Assembly (NCBI RefSeq): GCF_900232105.1
Contig: NZ_LT934425.1
Span: 3,810,001 to 3,842,000 of the forward strand
From: Candidatus Kuenenia stuttgartensis
GTDB lineage: Bacteria; Planctomycetota; Brocadiia; Brocadiales; Brocadiaceae
Direction of reading: 5' to 3'
Length of the DNA stretch: 32,000 nt
The notes under the pieces are model-generated. The model was not told where the DNA came from and did not search any database. It saw only the letters and a list, made by a program, of their open reading frames with translations. Below, one piece after another: positions 28,119 to 32,000 of this stretch. Both the position numbers and the translations under genes were made by a program. Position 1 is the stretch's first letter. Each line of letters starts with the position of its first letter.

Positions 28119-28163
28119 TAAAAATCTGCCTAAATTTAATATTTTTAGTTAACCAATGAACAA

Positions 28164-28232
28164 ACCCACCCCTGCCTCTCCCAAGAGGGGAATTTGATAA
28201 GTCCCCTCTTGGGAGGGGATTGAGGGGTGGGT
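28164..28232. repeat. Large imperfect inverted repeat upstream of nth
   Basis: ACCCACCCCTGCCTCTCCCAAGAGGGGA ... TCCCCTCTTGGGAGGGGATTGAGGGGTGGGT. Confidence 0.75.
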
Positions 28233-28288
28233 AAAAATGAATGTCGTTGGGTTTTTGTTGTCTTTTAAAATCCAACCTAATTAATCTT

Positions 28289-28921
28289 ATGACCGAAGAA
28301 CGAACAAGAAAAATCTTATCACTCCTTGAAAAGGCGTACCCGGACCCCAAACTCATTCTTCGATATAAAAATCCCCTGGAATTGCTGATAGCGACGATAT
28401 TGGCAGCTCAATGTACAGATGAACGGGTAAACAAGGTGACGGAAATTTTGTTCACAAAATACAAATCGGCGAAAGAATATGCTTTTGCACAGCAGGATGT
28501 TTTTGAACAGGAAATACGGCCGACCGGTTTTTACAGGAACAAGGCGAAAAACATTATTGCGTGCGCGAAGGCATTAGAGGAAAGGTTTCATGGCAAGGTG
28601 CCGGAAACTATGGAAGAACTTTTGACGCTTCCTGGGGTAGGAAGAAAGACGGCAAGTGTGCTGCTTGGTAACGTCTTTGGCAAGCAGGCGATAGCGGTGG
28701 ATACGCATGTATTCCGTGTTTCGCACCGGTTAGATTTTGCCAAATTCAATAATCCAGATAAGGTGGAAATCGAATTGTGCAGGATTATCCCGCAAAAGAA
28801 ATGGACACAGTCCTGCCTTGTCATGGGGACACATGGTAGGCTAACCTGTATTGCCAGAAAACCGTTGTGCAAAGAGTGCGTCGTAGAGAAATTATGCAAT
28901 TCAAAAGATAAAATAGTATAG
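28289..28921 (+). CDS. nth: Endonuclease III
   Basis: MTEERTRKILSLLEKAYPDPKLILRYKNPLELLIATILAAQCTDERVNKVT...LPGVGRKTASVLLGNVFG..VDTHVFRVSHRL...CIARKPLCKECVVEKLC (C-X6-C-X2-C-X5-C cluster). Confidence 0.96.
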   Translation: MTEERTRKILSLLEKAYPDPKLILRYKNPLELLIATILAAQCTDERVNKVTEILFTKYKSAKEYAFAQQDVFEQEIRPTGFYRNKAKNIIACAKALEERFHGKVPETMEELLTLPGVGRKTASVLLGNVFGKQAIAVDTHVFRVSHRLDFAKFNNPDKVEIELCRIIPQKKWTQSCLVMGTHGRLTCIARKPLCKECVVEKLCNSKDKIV

Positions 28922-28931
28922 GCTTTAGTTT

Positions 28932-29034
28932 TTAAAGGGATTCCATGGCGGGAAGTTCGATGATAAAAGTAGTGCCCTTTCCCACCTCACTTTGTACGTA
29001 TATTTTACCGTTATGCGGTTTAATATAGTCAAAA
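28932..29034 (-). pseudogene. C-terminal fragment of a histidine kinase ATPase domain
   Basis: Minus-strand translation FDYIKPHNGKIYVQSEVGKGTTFIIELPAMESL*, a typical G2-box/terminal HATPase_c motif; nothing kinase-like upstream. Confidence 0.65.
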
Positions 29035-29101
29035 GCATTTATTTTTATAAAAACCTGTTTTTTTCTTGCATTTGAAGTGTTTCTGGAGTATTAAATTCTG
29101 C

Positions 29102-29820
29102 ATGAATCCATTTCTCAGTGAAAAAACCCGAATAGAACTTAAAAAAGTACATAAGAAAGAGCCTCATAGACATCATGCCGACCGAATCAAAGCGATACTT
29201 CTTCTTGATTCAGGATGGAGTTATGAAGAAGTAGCAGAAGCGCTCTTGTTAGACGATCAAACAATCAGGAATTACGAAAAACTATACAAAGATAAAGGTT
29301 TTTGACGGGATTTTATCTGACAATTATATTGGCTGTATGCCAAAACCCACCTGCGAACAAGAAGAACAATTAAAAGATCATATCAGGAAAAAACAACTAT
29401 AGCGTGGCAAAATAAATTGTTGAATATGTAAAACAAACATTCAATAAAATCTATACACCCGAAGGAGATAAGATACTTTTTATGGATGGAGTGCATCCAC
29501 AGCACAATTCTACGTCTGCATATTGCTGGATAGAGAAAGGCAAAAAGAAGGAAATACCCTCTAATACCGGCAGGAAAAGAATAAATTTAAACGGTGCTAT
29601 TGACATAGAAACCTTTGAAGTAACAATCCGGGAAGATGAAAGCATCAATGCTCAATCAACAATAAAGCTTTTCCATGAAATAGAGTCAAGGTATGCTCAA
29701 GCCGGTACTATTTACATAATCTCTGATAATGCTAAATATTACAGGTCTAAGTTGGTCAAAGAATACCTTGCAAATTCGAGAGTAAAGAATCCACCCGCGG
29801 AGCAGGTGGCTTTGGGATAA
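29102..29820 (+). pseudogene. Degraded IS630-family transposase
   Basis: ORF 29066-29305 has N-terminal HTH (HHADRIKAILLLDSGWSYEEVAEALLLDDQTIRNYEKLYKDKGF). After a frameshift and an in-frame stop, ORF 29482-29820 has FMDGVHPQHNSTSAYCWIEKGKKKEIPSNTGRKRINLNGAID...IYIISDNAKYYRSKLVKEYLANSR. The C-terminus is missing. Confidence 0.85.
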
Positions 29821-30422
29821 CCCCTATAAGGGGATGAAAATGCCTTCCTTCCAAAGGAAGCAAGGTTGAGTTGTCCCCATTTTAAATTTACCGTTGTGAC
29901 TCTTCTTGGCGCTCTTTCTGCTCTTGATATTTCACATATTTACGTATCTTTTCCGTATCCAAACCAACGGTATCGACACAGTAACCTCTCGACCAGAAAT
30001 GATTACCCCAATAAGGTTTTTGCTTCAAATGTCGAAACTTATTGAAAACTCGAATAGCTGTTCTGCCTTTGATTATACCTACAAAATCGGATATCGATAT
30101 CTTGGGTACTACCATGACAAGCAGATGAACATGGTCAATTTGTACATTTAACTCAACAACTTCACAGCCTTTTTGTTCAGAAAATGCTCTGATACACTTA
30201 CCTACTTCTTCTGCTACTTGACCAGTAAGTATTCTTAGACGATATTTTGGTGTCCAAAGAATATGATATTGACAATGCCATATCGTATGCGATAATTTGC
30301 GAAATCGACTCATTTGTTACTCCTTTGTTGATGTTGTGGGGACAACTCAACTTAGATTGTAACAATGAGTCGTTTTACTGGCAAAGCCTTTAAACTCTGA
30401 CCACGCCCACAGGGCGTGGTTT
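29785..30422 (-). mobile_element. IS200/IS605-family element (IS200-type, tnpA only) inserted into IS630 remnant
   Basis: TnpA ORF plus flanking hairpins: CCACC-cgcggagca-GGTGG (29791-29809) and CCACGCC-cacag-GGCGTGG (30401-30419). Boundaries approximate. Confidence 0.75.
29888..30313 (-). CDS. tnpA: IS200/IS605-family Y1 transposase
   Basis: HTIWHCQYHILWTPKYRLRIL...VVELNVQIDHVHLLVMVVPKISISDFVGIIKGRTAIRVF...YWGNHFWSRGYCVDTVGLDTEKIRKYVKYQE; HxH and catalytic Tyr region present. Confidence 0.95.
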   Translation of the reverse strand: MSRFRKLSHTIWHCQYHILWTPKYRLRILTGQVAEEVGKCIRAFSEQKGCEVVELNVQIDHVHLLVMVVPKISISDFVGIIKGRTAIRVFNKFRHLKQKPYWGNHFWSRGYCVDTVGLDTEKIRKYVKYQEQKERQEESQR

Positions 30423-30851
30423 TCCACATTATTAATAAAGATCAAATTTCTCCCTTCCTATTCACCTAATCTAAACCTCATTGAAAGATTATGGAAATTC
30501 TTTTGCAAAAAAATATTGTATAATAAGTATTATGATACTTATGGGAAGTTTAAAAACAAATGTTTAAGTTTTTTCAAAAATATTAACGAGTATATGTTTT
30601 GCTGAGCTTGTCGAAGCAGATGAATTGCTTACTCTTTTAACTTAAAATTTTCGAATTATTGGCGAGCAAATTTTAAAAAACTAAAGTGTTACGATTTGTT
30701 TGACTATACACGAATGGAAGGCCTTGATGTGATTGAGAATTGGGGACAGAATTAAAGCCCCAATGTTAGTTCCAAGATGGTGGGATAAGGGTGTGAGCAG
30801 TACCCTATATTTTTGTTGACATGGAGGACAGAATAGTGGTATCTTGTGCCT

Positions 30852-32000
30852 ATGACTAATACACAACCGCCCACTATTAAAAAGTATGTTTCTTCGTTAG
30901 CATCAATTGTTCGAAGTAGGGCACAAAATTCGCTTGGTAGCGTCTTATCTCGTGTCCGTTCAAGCCATGAGGCAGTCTTTATCTTTGATAATAATGATGA
31001 ATTTCTCGGACTGATATCTCCTTTCAAGACACTTTATTCCAGCAATTTTCCTTATACCACAAAAGTATCATCTATAGTTTTTAAACCACCTGCCATTACA
31101 GAAGAAACGCCAGTCTATCAAGTTGCAGAATATATGCTATCTACAAAGATATATATATTGCCGGTACTTAGTAAAGATGGAGACTTACAGAGTGTGATTT
31201 ATGGAAAAGATATATTGCAGGGAATTATTAAAGATCCTGGCTTGTTAGTGTTTGTAAGTGGCAAAGTAAAACCGCATATCCCAATAACAGCCCCGATTAC
31301 TGCCTCGGTGAAAGATGTATTCTATGACCTTAAAGAAAAAGGTGTTTCAAGAATGGTGATAGTTAATGCTGAAGGATCCCTTGCAGGAATCGTCACCAGA
31401 AGCGATCTCATGCAGGCACTTATCAAGCCTACAGCAAAGATGAGATTTCCTAAGGAAGGAACGCATGTTGGCTTTTATTCATTGGCAGGAGAAAAGAAAT
31501 TCAGAAAGAGCGACCCTATCCGTAAGTACTATACGGTACTGGTTGACTCTTTGCCCGACGATACATCAAGAACAGAAATTGTTTCGCATCTTATCACCTC
31601 TCCACATGATAGTATTATTCTGGTAGATAAGCATAATAAACCTACTGGTTTTCTCTCGACACGCGACATCCTGCGAGCAGTTGTGCTTTTGCGTCCAGAA
31701 GAAGATATTCCGCTTATTATTATCAAGAAACCAGGCGATTCTGTAAGTAATAAAGAGTTAGAACAAGCGACAAGACATTTGGAGTTATTTGGCAGGAAGT
31801 TAAAAAAACGGATGAAAATTAAAAAAATCGAAGTCACCTCCGAAGAGCCTAAAAACCCAAAAGGTCATACGATGATGTTTAATATCACCGTTATCGTTAC
31901 TCCTATTGCTGGAAAAGCAATTGTTGCCGCTACCAAACAGAGAAGGTTTATCGATGGAATACAAGAGGCTACAACATTAATTGAGAAACAACGCAGGCGA
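30852..32000 (+). CDS. Multi-CBS-domain protein with C-terminal region resembling HPF/S30AE ribosome-associated proteins; truncated by window end
   Basis: Open frame from ATG 30852 to the last base: MTNTQPPTIKKYVSSLASIVRSRAQN...VYQVAEYMLSTKIYILPVLSKDGDLQSVIYGKDIL...VSRMVIVNAEGSLAGIVTRSDLMQAL...DSIILVDKHNKPTGFLSTRDILRAV...LELFGRKLKKRMKIKKIEVTSEEP. Not in the supplied ORF track. Confidence 0.75.
   Translation, partial: MTNTQPPTIKKYVSSLASIVRSRAQNSLGSVLSRVRSSHEAVFIFDNNDEFLGLISPFKTLYSSNFPYTTKVSSIVFKPPAITEETPVYQVAEYMLSTKIYILPVLSKDGDLQSVIYGKDILQGIIKDPGLLVFVSGKVKPHIPITAPITASVKDVFYDLKEKGVSRMVIVNAEGSLAGIVTRSDLMQALIKPTAKMRFPKEGTHVGFYSLAGEKKFRKSDPIRKYYTVLVDSLPDDTSRTEIVSHLITSPHDSIILVDKHNKPTGFLSTRDILRAVVLLRPEEDIPLIIIKKPGDSVSNKELEQATRHLELFGRKLKKRMKIKKIEVTSEEPKNPKGHTMMFNITVIVTPIAGKAIVAATKQRRFIDGIQEATTLIEKQRRR

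Noticed and set aside
29888-30313. Possible TnpB/IscB-type RNA-guided nuclease partner or reRNA beside tnpA
   Set aside because: No TnpB/IscB-like ORF on either strand nearby; the element is IS200-type with tnpA only.

Overview
The window looks like a chromosomal segment from an anammox-type planctomycete (inferred from gene style, not proven). The left half (1-18 kb) is accessory. It holds two paralogous giant secreted SBBP-repeat proteins (one with a Vps62-like tail, one with PPC and RCC1 repeats), a giant secreted M23 peptidase/TIG/PA14/FN3 protein, and many short mobile or repeat elements. The right half is mostly housekeeping: deoxyhypusine-synthase-like protein, GT9 glycosyltransferase, DAHP synthase, PPOX-like flavoprotein, DapL-like aminotransferase, trpS, argS, nth. 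It is followed by a small IS630/IS200 graveyard and a CBS-domain protein that runs off the window. Main observations: (1) a 99-bp MITE-like element present as two perfectly identical copies in opposite orientation (8910-9008, 14170-14268), each flanked by a TTA duplication and each splitting a giant ORF that reads on in the same frame once the element and one TSD are removed; (2) a candidate leader-peptide attenuator (MYFYYNIRCS*, terminator, competing 7-bp antiterminator) directly upstream of the DAHP synthase gene; (3) a family of short elements that share a GGGAGCATTCCCGATTTTTTG terminal inverted repeat but carry unrelated internal hairpins, one of which splits a lipoprotein gene with an 8-bp direct repeat; (4) an IS4-type element with a precise 11-bp TSD and a frameshifted transposase; (5) a 302-bp element with 29-bp inverted repeats whose ORF looks like an internally deleted REP-associated (Y1) transposase. 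No defence system, CRISPR array, tRNA or rRNA was recognised.
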